Shown here piece by piece: positions 1-12,077 of a stretch of 64,000 nt of DNA. This DNA is from Phallusia mammillata (lineage: Eukaryota): contig OZ281499.1 in assembly GCA_965637545.1 (NCBI GenBank), positions 13,950,001 through 14,014,000 on the forward strand. The letters are read 5' to 3'. The notes beneath the pieces are model-generated. The model did no database searches. It was given only the letters and a program-made list of their open reading frames with translations, and was not told the DNA's origin. How positions within the stretch are numbered: position 1 is the stretch's first letter; each line of letters begins with the position of its first letter. The translations under genes were made by a program, and so were the position numbers.

Positions 1-739
1 ACTACAAGTGTTCATTTGAGTTATTTTATCACAGGGCCTTCTGTAGCTCAAATAATTACTGAAAATGATTTAGTAGATCAGGGGTGTCCAAAGTGCGGCC
101 CGCGGCTGTTGTCCTAAATTACGTTGCGTATGGCCCGCCATAGTTTCGATTGCGACTTCACACAAAAGCCTACCATGAAACTCTAATTAGCGGTAAAAAG
201 GTGTATACATAGTGCTGACACAAGGTCAAGGCAAATTTTATTTGCATAGTCACTTCATCATCACAGTTCCATTGTTGAACGGACAAGTAAACAGCAAGGA
301 CACCGAAAAAAACCGAAGGTTATCGAGTCAAGTGGCCTGTTATTTTAATTGTGGTTGAATTCCGTTTTGGGTATGTTCTGCCGTAGGATCGCAACCGACC
401 GCACGAGCCTGGCGGGGTACGTCCGGTTGCATATGACGGTGGTTGAACCGTCGGGTTCTGCTGGCCAAATGAAACCCGCCTAAACGGAAACACCAGCTCG
501 GTTCCTCGGAACGTTTCCTGTGATCCCGTAGGCAGACCCGGGTGTCCCGAGGACAGTTCGTTGCGACGATGAAATTGTTTTCGTCGAGCATCTCTTCCTC
601 CTCTGCTTTTGTAAGATCGATCGCGAGATCTCTGATGTTCGCTGGGAGAAGGTGCTGCACTGTCTTCGACCCGGATGGCCGATCTGAAAAACCGAATTCT
701 ACTGCAGTATTTCGTTCTTTTGTGTGTGACCAAGTTATC

Positions 740-2808
740 CAGTTTATTTATGTTATAGTATAGAATAAAAAAAAGTAAAATCGCACTAAGATAAAACTGA
801 AACACACACGGAAAAAACACAAAAGAAAAAAGGTGAAAACTAGGGTAGTTATGACATAGAAGAACAAGATGTATTGTATTTTTCTGATATGAGCAAGGAC
901 ACAGAAGTGAATTTATCGTTGAGGGGTCATATTGCCTTAATAAATGCAAGCGAAGCTGTTTTTTAAAAGAGGACAAGCGTGGCAGAGACTTGATATCGTG
1001 TGGTGAGTCTTCCCATACTTTTGGACCTCGATGACAAATTGATCTTGTGCCGAACGCGGTGTTTACGCGTGGATAAAAGTAGTTCTGGTTTTCAGCACTT
1101 CTGGTGTTGTGATGGTGCACTGACGCAATAGGTGTGAACAGGGAGTTGTATGTGGAAGGTAGTGTACCAGTACGAAACGCATGCAGTAGTTTGGCTACCT
1201 CAAGTTTGTCCCTCCCTCAAAAATGTCTTTAAACTTCAGAAGACGCAAGTCATGATATAGTGGAGTAGCGCGACATCGGTAAGGGCTGCGAGTAATAGCT
1301 CGCAAAATTTTGTTATGTTTGATGTTGAGGGTTTTAATTGATGCAGCGTATCCGCTACCCCACGCTGCGACAGCATATTGCAGATAGAGGTACAAAAGAG
1401 TAGTAAATAATACGAAGAAACTGTTGTCCAAAGTAGTCACGCAGCTTGTATATGATACCGCAGGCTTGTGCTAGTTTTCGTTCCACATGAGCTATGTGTT
1501 TCTCCCATTTTAACTGATCGTCAATATAAACTCCAAGGTATTTTGTTTCTGTTGATCGCTGTATTTGCTGCGATCCTATGGAAATCGAAAACTTCTGCGT
1601 GTTTGAGCGCTTAGAAGGACAAAACAGTAAATACGTTGTTTTACTTGTATTAAGAGATAGCTTGTTGTGGCGCATCCAGTTGTCAACATAAACGAGTTCA
1701 TTGTTTACGTTTGCCTGTAGATCAGTCAGCGACTCTGATGACATGCTTACGCACGTGTCATCCGCAAAGAGTTTCGTTGTAAATTTAGATGCCGTTGGTA
1801 AGTCATTTATGTAAAGCGAAAAGAGCAAAGGAGCCAGTGACGAACCGTGAGGGCAGCCACATGTTACATTCAGCAGTTGTGATGTTACGTTTGCTATGCG
1901 TGTGCATTGTTTACGATGACTTAAGTAGCTCCTGAACAGTTCTAAGGGGCTTCCCCGTATTCCATACTGATGCTCCAACTTCCACAACAAAACCCTGTGA
2001 TCGACTGTGTCAAATGCGTTGGACAGGTCTAAGAAAATAGCGCATGTGTATTGCTTTCGATCAAGCGCAGCTAACAGTCTTTCATGGATGTCCTAAATTG
2101 CCAGGGATGTGGATCGATTGCATCGAAAACCATACTGGTGAGTTGTTAACATTCCATTTTTTTCAACGTAGTTGTACAGACGTTGATATATAATTTTTTC
2201 AAAAATCTTAGCAAAAGGGGACAGTAGCGAAATTGGTCTGTAGTTAGTGCATTCAACTTGTGAGCCTGTTTTATAAATTGGTATTACTTCCGCAATTTTA
2301 AGTTCCCCAGGGTGGCTTTATGGTGGGGGGATTTTGAGGTGGTGGCATTACTGGCTGTGGAATGGATGATGCCATGTTTGCTCCTATGTTGGCAAAGAAC
2401 TGGTTAAATTTGCTGGCAACAGTGATTGGTCAGTAGTGCAATGTGCAGTACCATCTAGTTGTAGTTCAGCCGGAGCTTTTTGTAAAGTTTGTTTTCGGGA
2501 CAACAATCTATTGATGATTTTCCACATTTCACTAATATCATTTCTGTGATCTGTTAGTTCTTTTTCAATATACCTGTGCTTAGCATCTCTTAAAATGTGA
2601 TTGAGCTTGTTACGGTACTGTTTATATTGGTTGTATTTGCTTGTACATATTGGTTGTATTTGCTTGTACAAAAGCCTGACTTACATAATGCATGATACAT
2701 TTTATTTTTTATTTTGATTGACTTATAAATTCCCTTGCTTATCCAGGTTTTTTTGGCCAATTTCCTTCTTCTAGTAATTGTAGTTAACACAGCCAAATTC
2801 CATAACAC
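740..2808 (-). mobile_element. 5'-truncated CR1/L2-type non-LTR retrotransposon (RT pseudogene)
   Basis: Minus-strand motifs TWISKGIYKS, AIFLDLSNAFD, HGSSLAPLLFSLYINDL, LFADDT and C-terminal HHHNTRS..GPKVW..SFKKQLR. Boundaries approximate. Confidence 0.88.
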
Positions 2809-2917
2809 TGAGCATGTTAATCTTTCAACAGTAGTATTGATAACACATTATGACGCCACAATACACAATGAAGGTGTTTACAGCAAGAGTTATAATCTTT
2901 CTCTGCATTCATACAAG

Positions 2918-4560
2918 ATGGCGTCGGTTATCAAAAAGAGAAAAGTCAGCAGTGAGGGTCGACGTTTTCAAGAAAAATGGAAACTGTAATACTTTTTAAC
3001 TGAAAATCAAACGAATTGTGTTTGCCTAATTTGCCACGAGAGGGTAGCAGTTTTTAAAGAAAGTAATGTGAAAAGACATTGCCAGACAAAGCACGCCGCT
3101 GCGTTTGACAAGATAGAAGGCAGCTGTCGCCAAGAAAAGTTAAAGCAGCTTCTAGGCTTGCATCCCAACAGCGATTTTTTACGAGGACCTGTGGGTCTTA
3201 CGAAAACATCACTAAAGCTAAGTAGCCGTACTTATAGCGAAACACGGAAGACCATTTACAGAGGGTGCGTTTGTCAAAGATTGAGTTATGAAAATGGTGG
3301 AGAATATATGTCCTGAGAAGAAGCAAGAATTTAATAACGTTTGTCTGGCTCGCAACGTCGTTGCAAGAAGAATTGAGGACGTTTCGGAAAATATACAAAG
3401 ACAGGTATGAGAAAGGGGAGCAATGTTTGATTGTTTTTCATTGGCCTGCGATGAAAGCACAGATGCGTCTGATACGGCACAGCTATTAATTTTTATAAGA
3501 GGGGTTGATGACAACATGGATGTTACAGAAGAACTACTCGACCTGGAAAGTCTTAAAGGCCAAACAAGGGGAATAGATTTATTTGCGTCTGTTTGCGCAG
3601 CTGTTGACAAGACAAAGCTACAGTGGAGCAAACTTTGTGGAATAAGTACTGACGGTGCACCTGCCATGACTGGTGAACGAAGTGGGTTGGCCACACTGAT
3701 TTGCAATAAAGTCAGTGAAGAAGGTATATTTCTATTAAATTGCACTGCATTATTCGCCAACAGGCTCTCTGTGCAAAAGTTCTCAAACTTGATCACATTA
3801 TGGGACCAGTGGTAAAGGCAATCAATGCTATTCGCTCAAGAGCCCTTGATATCCAGGCAGAATACGGAGTTGTATTTTACTACAACGATGTTAGGTGGCT
3901 TAGTCAAGGGTAGGCAATGCAGCGGTTTTTCTCCCTTAGAAAGGAGATTAACAAACGGGAGGGGGCAATGCAAGAACTATCAGAACCTGCGTGGCTCACA
4001 GATTTGGCCTTTTTCGTTGACATAACAAAGCATCTAAATGCATTGAACGTCAACCTTCAAGGACGAGATGCAAAGGCCTTCAAAACCAAGCTGCAACTTT
4101 TTCGAAGACACTTATCCCAAACAGAAACCTGCACTGCACACTTTCCGTCTCTAAAACAAGTTCTCGACAGTTTACCCCGCAATAGCATGTGTGTTCAAAT
4201 AGCTAGGTATGCGACGGCTGTAGCGTCTCTTTCTGATGAGTTCTGAAATCGCTTTCGGGATTTTGCAGCCATTACAAAGGAATTGTTGCTTTTTTCTTCG
4301 CCCCTGACAGTATCCAGACGATGTTCCGTCCCAGTTGCAGCTCGAGCTAATTGAACTGCAATGTGACGACGAGTTGCGAAGCAGACATCAACAACTTTCT
4401 CTGGTAGAATTTTACCGACAGTTAGATAATGGCAAATTTCCAGAAATGCGAAGTTTTGCGAAAAAAATGCTGAGTTTGTTCGGCTCAACGTATTTGTGTG
4501 AGCAGACATTCTCAGTAATGAAGTTAAATAAAAGTCGATTAAGAAACGTCTTGCGTGATG
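2918..4560 (+). pseudogene. GTF2IRD2-like (Charlie) hAT transposase, frameshifted
   Basis: RRFQEKW, FSLACDESTDASDTAQLLIFIRG, ISTDGAPAMTG, WLTDLAFFVD, LSLFGSTYLCEQTFSVMK. Confidence 0.9.
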
Positions 4561-5439
4561 TCGTGAAAATGTTACTTAACACTTTAGTTGAAAGTTCGTT
4601 TACAATGTTTGTTAAATAAAATTCCTGTTTCAATTAATTTGTGTTCCAATTCTATGGTTAAAAACTTTGCCCAAAAACGTTGGCCCGCAGGAGGATTGTC
4701 ATTCTGGCGAAATGAACGACGAAGATATGGAAAATTATTTTACGCACGACTGCACAAAATTTCACACAATTTTTAAGACTTTTAATTTTGCAGGTGCCGT
4801 ATTTCAACACAACCAGACGTCCGGAGTCACCCGTACATGTTTGGAAATGGCATAGATACCTGGACAGGATTTCTACCAATAAAACCATTTCTACCAATAA
4901 AACCACTAGAAATGTCCGAAATTTAGGGTACAATATTGTAAGGAATTTTTCAAAATCAGCAAAATTGCCAATTTGGGCAATTGAAAAAAAGAAAAATCAT
5001 CTGCTTTTTTTTCATTCCATATAAAAGCAAAAAATAACGACAACAGTAAATACAAAAGGTACACAGCATTTATGCTTCTGCTGTTCAATGCGCGGCATTT
5101 GTTGCACAACTTGGTGGTTCAGCACAGCTTGGTTTCTTTTATTGTTTTTAATGTGATGAATTTTAAGCACTCCTATACAGCAAAACAACCCTAAATAAAC
5201 TCCAATACCAAACACTTCTTCAAGCAATGAATTTCATTAACTCCAAAGTTCTGTGGCGGTCATTGTTACGTAGTTAATGCCTCGTGTCAGTATGGATACA
5301 TGGCGTGGACATGTTTCATTATTTCTGCGTTGTCGTTACGTTTGTACGTTGATTTTACCTTTCTAGTACTTCATTCAAAATTGTTGAAGTCAAAACTGTT
5401 GTTCTCGTTTAGGTAACACAAGTGTGTTGTTCAGTAAGC

Positions 5440-6420
5440 TAAGCAAGTCAGGAGCTTTGATAGGTGTGTTTAGCATGTGCAGCAGTGTACATTATTAGGT
5501 ATGAAGTTATAGCCTGTTTTAAACAATTCCCGAAAATCAGAATTGTATAAAAATGGGAAGAAATGTAGACGAAAGCATGCCTAAAACCTTGATAATAAAA
5601 TAAATTTGGCGCGATTAAAGAGTTTTCTGCAAAATAACTTTTTGTCAGACACCTATACAATTTAGCATGTGCATGCATTATTGCCTCTATGACGTAACAG
5701 TAGGAACCTTAAAGTTTAAAGCCTAATCTAAACACTTTCCGAAAATGAGAATTGAATAAAAGTTGGCAGAAATGTAGACCAAAGCATGCTTAAAACCTTG
5801 AAAGTAAAATAAATTTGGCGCGATTACAGAATTTTCAGCAAAATAACTTTTTGTCAGACACCTATACAATTTAGCATGTGCACCATTTTGGCTGTGACGT
5901 GACGGCTAAGCCCTTGAGTTTACAACTTTTTTCAAACACTTTCCGAAAATGAGAATTGAATAAAAATTGGCATAAATGTAGACCAAAGCATGCTTAAAAC
6001 CTTGGTAATAAAATAAATTTGGCGCGATTAAAGAATTTTCAGCAAAATAACTTTTTGTCAGACACCTATACAATTTAGCATGTGTATGCATTGTTGGCTA
6101 TATGACGTAACAGTAGGAACCTTAAAGTTTAAAGCCTAATCTAAACACTTTCCGAAAATGAGAATTGAATAAAAATTGGCAGAAGTGTAGACCAAAGCAT
6201 GCTTAAAACCTTGATAATAAAATAAATTTGGCGCGATTAAAGAATTTTCAGCAAAATAACTTTTTGTCAGACACCTTTACAATTTAGCATGTGTATGCAT
6301 TATTGGCTATATGACGTAACAGTAGGACCCTTAAAATTTAATGTAAACACTTGGAATTAAAAGGTTAAAAGCTCACTCTGAACACTTTCCGAAAAGTAGA
6401 ATTCTCTAAAAATTAAAATA
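5440..6420 (-). repeat. Left subterminal satellite array, ~4.5 copies of a 204-209-bp unit
   Basis: GGCGCGATT recurs at 5608, 5817, 6021, 6230. The array is the reverse complement of the right-arm array. Confidence 0.93.
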
Positions 6421-6534
6421 AGTGAAAGCTATTCGGTTATAGTTGCATTTGTAAACATTGCTCATTTATGCTATCGCAGAAAACATTGATTTATTATTCA
6501 ACTGAGAAATATTGAAAACCTTTTGTAAAACAAC

Positions 6535-7214
6535 ATGGGAAGACGAACGCCTGCTGTAAAATATTAGAAGGGAGTCAGTGGAAAACAAACAGGCTATCTC
6601 CGTGCTGACGGTTCACCACTTCCTTCTGTGTTGTTGGTGACGGACAGCAACGGAAGGAACCTTGTTTACCCACGGGTGGTATCATGTAACAGTGATTCAT
6701 TCGTTTTTAATGCAATTTCTCTTCCAGGTGGCCATATTGACCATGGATGCATCGAAGTGGAGTTTGGGCGAAAGTTCGGCAACGTCGACTTTGTGGTACT
6801 AGCACTTGGCACTAACGACGTTGATTCAGGCAAATCCATCGCCTGCGACGAAGCAGCTTACCGAAGCTTGGTTGAGGCGTCCTGCAGCGTGTACCCCAAA
6901 GCGCAGGTAGAATTGAGACAAAGGATTTTCCGTCAATTCAAGTAATAGTTGGTCAATATGGACGAATATTGTCGCAGATTATTGTGGCTGGAATTCTTCA
7001 GCAAAGGGGGATCACGGGCACCTTGTTCCAGAGATCAAAAAGGTGTTGCGCAACCTCGCCACGGGAATGGGCATCAGCTTCCTGGACTTTACCATCGGCC
7101 ATAATCGAGAGCTTTGGCACGACCGCCTACACTTGTCTGACGTCGGTTTGCGTCATTACATGGCCAGTCTTGAGGCTCATATTCATGCCCTTCTTGCTGC
7201 TTCCAGCGTGCCAA
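6535..7214 (+). pseudogene. SGNH/GDSL-fold hydrolase exons of the MULE polyprotein (exons 6535-6906 and 6978-7214)
   Basis: LLVTDSNG (block I), PGG (II), LALGTND (III), WHDRLHLS (V, 7121-7132). GT-AG introns 6907-6977 and 7215-7286. One in-frame TAG (6565) and a frameshift at the G-run 7006-7010. Confidence 0.75.
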
Positions 7215-7465
7215 GTGAGTAGTTGTGTTATTTAAATTTTGATGGTTGATCCCTAAATATAACCATAATATATTTCAATATTTTAGAAAAAATGTTGGGC
7301 TTTGCCGAAACCGACGGAATAAAGATAACGAAGAAGAAGAAATTCCGAAGTCGGCTGTGTTTTGGATGTGTGGCTGACCACATTCGTCCCTCATCCAAAA
7401 AGGCTAATCGGGACATCACACAAACGCCTTTTCCCAGCTTTGATGCCACCAGAAGAGTTTCGACT

Positions 7466-7780
7466 GGAGCGAAGGGCAAGGTGGCTGAGGTTGCTGGACC
7501 CCCTAGCAAAGCTGACGGTGGAGCGAGGGGCAAGGTGACTGAGGTTGCTGGACCCCCTAGCAAAGCTGACGGAGGAGCGAAGGGCAAGGTAGCTGCAGTT
7601 GCTGGACCCCCTAGCAAAGCAGAACGTGGAGCGAAGGGCAAGGTGGCTGAGGTTGCTGGACCCCCTAGCAAAGCTGACGGTGGAGCGAAGGGCAAGGTAG
7701 CTGCAGTTGCTGGACCCCCTAGCAAAGCTGACGGAGGAGCGAAGGGCAAGGTAGCTGAGGTTGCTCGACCCCCTAGCAAT
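7466..7780 (+). repeat. Coding tandem repeat, 54 bp x ~5.8 (GAKGKVAEVAGPPSKADG)
   Basis: Units start at 7466, 7520, 7574, 7628, 7682, 7736, in frame within ORF 7292-8527. Confidence 0.95.
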
Positions 7781-8657
7781 GGCAACACAGGAAATCTTTC
7801 AGAGCTTGTTTCGTTTGTGCTGCTGCTGCTAAATGTTGCCGGACTTGTGATTTTCTGCCTGGGTCTGTTCAGTTTGTTTTATTTTGATTTTATACTGTAT
7901 GGTTTGAGTTCCACCGGCTTACCTCAATTACTTAAATTCGCCATTGGTCTAACGAAAATTGTTTTTAGCTGGATACTACAATCACGTCGGTTTCGTGGAA
8001 CATTGAAGCAAAGACAAAGAAATCTTTATCGAAAAAAAAAATGTTTAAAACAACGACCAGGTATCAATTTGCCATTTACTTCTCATTTGCTACATCTGCC
8101 TAAAATTGTTAAAATTGGGGGTGGGCCACAAAAGGCAAATTTCGCCGAGACTGTTAAAGTCATTTCGGATTACATGACCCAGCACAACTTACAAAAATTT
8201 AATCGAGACCGTAGTTTAGGATTGCTGCGCGAAAGTCACTTGTGGAAAAATATGCCAATAATGAAGCGGTTTAGGTTTTTACAAAGCTTTTGCAGCAAGC
8301 ACCGCGACGTAATTAGTAAAAACCTATGTTCACTTTCGGTAACCGTTTTGAACAAGGATGTTTTTGTTGACGATCAAAACAAGATTGATAACGGTCCAAT
8401 TATCGCTTTGGCGAAATGCTTAGACCATTATCCAAATGTTTCAAAGTTGCCATACCGAGCGGTAAAAGCTTTTTTGGAGTCATCCGCTTTAGCCGTAAAT
8501 TCAAAAAATCGACAGAGTTTGCAATAGATGGATAACTGACTTAAGATTCAGACAGGCTGTTCAGCACTCTTATACTGAAATAAATGGAGATTGCGATGTT
8601 GTTGTCAAACAATCTGAAAATAGTTCAGTCACTAATTCACTTAACGAATCCATTACG

Positions 8658-8760
8658 TATTGTGTTTGTCAAACCCCTTATGATGGTCGGTTAATGGTTG
8701 AATGCGAAACTTGCTCACAGTGGTATCACCCCAGTTGCGTATTTGATTGTTGTTCTCCCG
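8658..8760 (+). pseudogene. PHD finger of the MULE polyprotein
   Basis: YCVCQTPYDGRLMVECETCSQWYHPSCV; the frame is open upstream of the annotated 8694 start. Confidence 0.85.
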
Positions 8761-9399
8761 CAGTTACGTTTTCGGCTGTCGAGTGGAATCGTACTCATAT
8801 GGTTTGTCCTAATAGCAGGCATCGTTTTAGATCGTTTTATGAACACAAAATAATGGACTTAACAGATGGGCCCGAATCTGTTAAAAATAACTCGCCAGTA
8901 ACTGTTTTAAGTAATATTTTAGAGAGTTCGTCGTCTTGTGACCCCTCTGTCGTTTCTCCTACCTTACCAAAGACTGAATTTTGTGTATTGCCAGTGGCCA
9001 ACGATTCTTTGTCTCATTCTGTTACTATTAACGGCGAGAATGATCATTTAGTTTTGTATGAAAACGCTGAGTCGAACAAAACGCTTACTGAAGAATGTGT
9101 TGATAGTACTTGTAGCGACTTTTTGAGTGAGGATTGTTTTGTGGATAATGTTTTTGATGAACTTGGAAAAATAAATGACGCAACAAGATCAGAATATAAA
9201 CACAACGATGATATTAACATACAAGAAAAGTTTATTATTTCATTGCAAGAATGGCACTCTATGGTTAAAAATAGAAAAACAAACCACTTCCATGGTTCTC
9301 GATACGTTGAAATCACGTTGCATTACTTGCATCAAATTTATAGCGGTTGTGTGCCTAATGTAAAAAATAAATACCTGATTGATCCAAATGGAGTTGTTG

Positions 9400-11000
9400 C
9401 AATTTCTAAAGCAGATAAATGCTACAAGGAAGGTTGGATAAATTTTTACTGTGGTCATCAAAATTGTGAGACTTGTAATTGCGAAACTAAATTAGTGGTA
9501 ACGTTTTGGTCGTTTGTTGACAGAGTTGGAGGGCATGTTGAAATAAGTGGTAAAAGAAATCATCGTCCCGGATGTAAACGTAGTAGGCGTTGCTGTGGGC
9601 CAATGAGGAAAAAGCTTCGCAAATCTTTACAGAACCAAACCGCTGTTAAAAAATATAGGGAAATTTACGATGGCATGAAACCGGAGGAACGATGGTTAGG
9701 GGCCCACACTTTTTTACCGTCACAATCTGTATTAAATAATATTAAAAGTGAAAGTAATTATGGTCACCGAAAAAGCAAACTCTGGTTTATAAACCTCAAT
9801 TCGATTGGAAATGGATGAAAAACAAAATCGTTTTGTAAGAGTAATAAGTTTACACCCCCCAATGGTAATCCTGTACATAGATGCACCGATAAAAATCTTT
9901 CATCGCACTTGCATGTTTGACGTGGTTTACTTCAATGCGACCGGAAGTATTTTATGCCGCCTTCAAAATTACTCTGATTTCCAAGTTTACACTTTACTTA
10001 TTCGAAACCCGACACCAGGGAGCACACCGCTACCTGTTGCTACGTGCGTAACAAGTCACCACGACGCCAATACAATTAGTCACTTTTTAGAAAACTTTTT
10101 ATTTGATGCGGTAAAATTGTGTGGGACAGCGAAAAAACCCAAGTTGATAGTAATTGATGGCTCAATGGCAATGTGGAACGCTGTTTTAAAAGCAATGTGT
10201 CGCGAATCGCGCTTAGATTATTACAGGCGTTGTTACAGAATTGTAACAGGTGTACCTGGCGATTCCGACCTGCAAAAAAACATTTGTTGCCAATTGCTAT
10301 AGCCACGCTATGAAAGCAGCAAAAATTTTGTGTGGTAAATACTGCAAAAACAAAAAACTAGTCAAAACCTACTTGTTTTGGATAAACGTCATGTTTTCGT
10401 GTTCGACCGTTAAAGAGTTAGACGAAGCAGTAGAAAGCTTTTTCATTTTAACCAACAGCGAAGCTTCTTCCTCATTGGTCGAATTGCATTTTAAAAGACT
10501 TAAGTCACAAGGTCAGTCGCAATCCGCTCGGTTCGACCATGACAATGACGGCAAAACAGTTACAGACGAAACCGACTATTTTTTTACTGCAAAAGCATCG
10601 GACAAGTTGCAAGAAAGTCACTCACCCTTCTATGCCAGATACAAACGAAAATTAGATACCGTTCTTAAAACAATATCTGATTCTACACCACCGACCCAAA
10701 TGCATACAAATATATACCATAACACTGAGATTTCGAGTAAAGTTTTGGAAATAACTTTAAGCAGAATCTGTTCTACTTCAAAATTTATGCTTGGAGATTT
10801 GTCCCGACATATGCACAAAGGCACAACTTCCGGTGATCAATCGCTAAAGTACAAACAGCATAGTGATATATGTAACAACCTTAAACAACTAGGCCATCAA
10901 AGCATTTTGAAGAACAACCGAACCCAAGGAATTATTGAACAACATTTTGGAGATTTAAAAACAAATGTGATAGATTGGAAACGAATTGCTAAAATTGACG
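9400..11000 (+). pseudogene. NOF/Rehavkus-type Mutator DDE transposase core
   Basis: Cys/His-rich region (CGHQNC..GKRNH), VYFNATGS (expected Asp reads Asn at 9934), PLPVATC..HH, LIVIDGSMA (10156), CYSH (10295-10306), QGIIEQHF (10937). Frameshifts near 9810 and 10275. Confidence 0.8.
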
Positions 11001-11489
11001 ACTTCGTTGTAAAGTATTATCAAGCCATAATGATTTTGCAAAAACTGTTTGCTGACTCCCACATTTATCTTAAATCCACCCAAAATCGTACTTCGAGCAA
11101 GAAACTATTGACTCCTGTGATTGAGTCAAAATTTAGAAAAAGAAAACGCAAACGAACAAGTTATTACTCTTCAGATACTGCTTTTAAGCAGCTACAATAC
11201 CGGAATGAAACTTCGAAAGAAACAGGAATGTCCCCTAGTCCTTTCACGGCACGATTTGCTTTTTGCCCTGACCCGGAAATATTGATTTCAATTTGCAAAC
11301 CTGTTGCAGATTTCATTTGGCACCAAATTCTCCACAACACCCAGTCCATATTTGAAACTGCAATAATCACTAAATGGCGCCATTCATTGTCATGGTTGGA
11401 CATGTGTTCGGTTTGCCCAAAACCAAGGGGCAAAACGTATATTGCGCTTACTGAAAATTTTGCTCGTTCTCACAACGATGCGACGCTTG

Positions 11490-12075
11490 GGTGGTTAACG
11501 GATAAAGTTGTAGATTGCTATATTACTAGAACTGTCGCCATATGTAATTCGATTTCGCCTGGTAAATTTGCATGTGTGTCAAGTGTTTTAGCTTCTGAAA
11601 TTTTAAGTGGAAAATAATTAAAAACATGCAACGAGCATTAAAAGGAATAATAAACAGTGACGGACAGTTATGTGAAAATGTTGTTTTACCCGTTTTGTAT
11701 GAAAATCATTTTGTTGTGTTGTGGTTAAGTCAGTTGAATAATACTCTAGTTCTGTACGACTCGGTTGTTTCCAGCAGCGATCGCTTGAAAAGTTTAGTAA
11801 ACAAATACCTTATTCCAGCCCTTAAATGTATAACTGACCAGGACATTACATTTACAAGTGATTCGACAGTCGTTCAGCAAGACCAGTCTAGTTGTGGATT
11901 ATGCGTTTGTTATACAGTTGATCGCCTTGCATCAGCCATTCTTGAGATGATTCGACAGTCGTTCAGCAAGACCAGTCTAGTTGTGGATTATGCGTTTGTT
12001 ATACAGTTGATCGCCTTGCATCAGCCATTCTTGAGATTCGCCATGTAAACTTTGACGTTACGAACTATCGAGTTT
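11490..12075 (+). pseudogene. Ulp1/SENP-like (C48) cysteine protease domain
   Basis: WLTDKVVDCY, PVLYENHF (His 11707), LYDS (Asp 11758), QQDQSSCG (Cys 11893). Confidence 0.82.
11860..12037 (+). repeat. Exact 89-bp tandem duplication disrupting the Ulp1-USP frame
   Basis: 11860-11948 is repeated at 11949-12037; removing one copy puts ORFs 11626 and 12078 in the same frame. Confidence 0.95.
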
Positions 12076-12077
12076 GG

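Noticed and set aside
320-1120. 266-aa ORF as one protein
   Set aside because: Chimeric: only the first ~65 aa are the RT C-terminus; the rest reads through the LINE 3' UTR and unrelated DNA.
2624-2669. 23-bp tandem duplication in the LINE
   Set aside because: Ordinary slippage in a dead element.
7228-7788. 186-aa minus-strand ORF
   Set aside because: Antisense shadow of the GC-rich 54-bp coding repeat.
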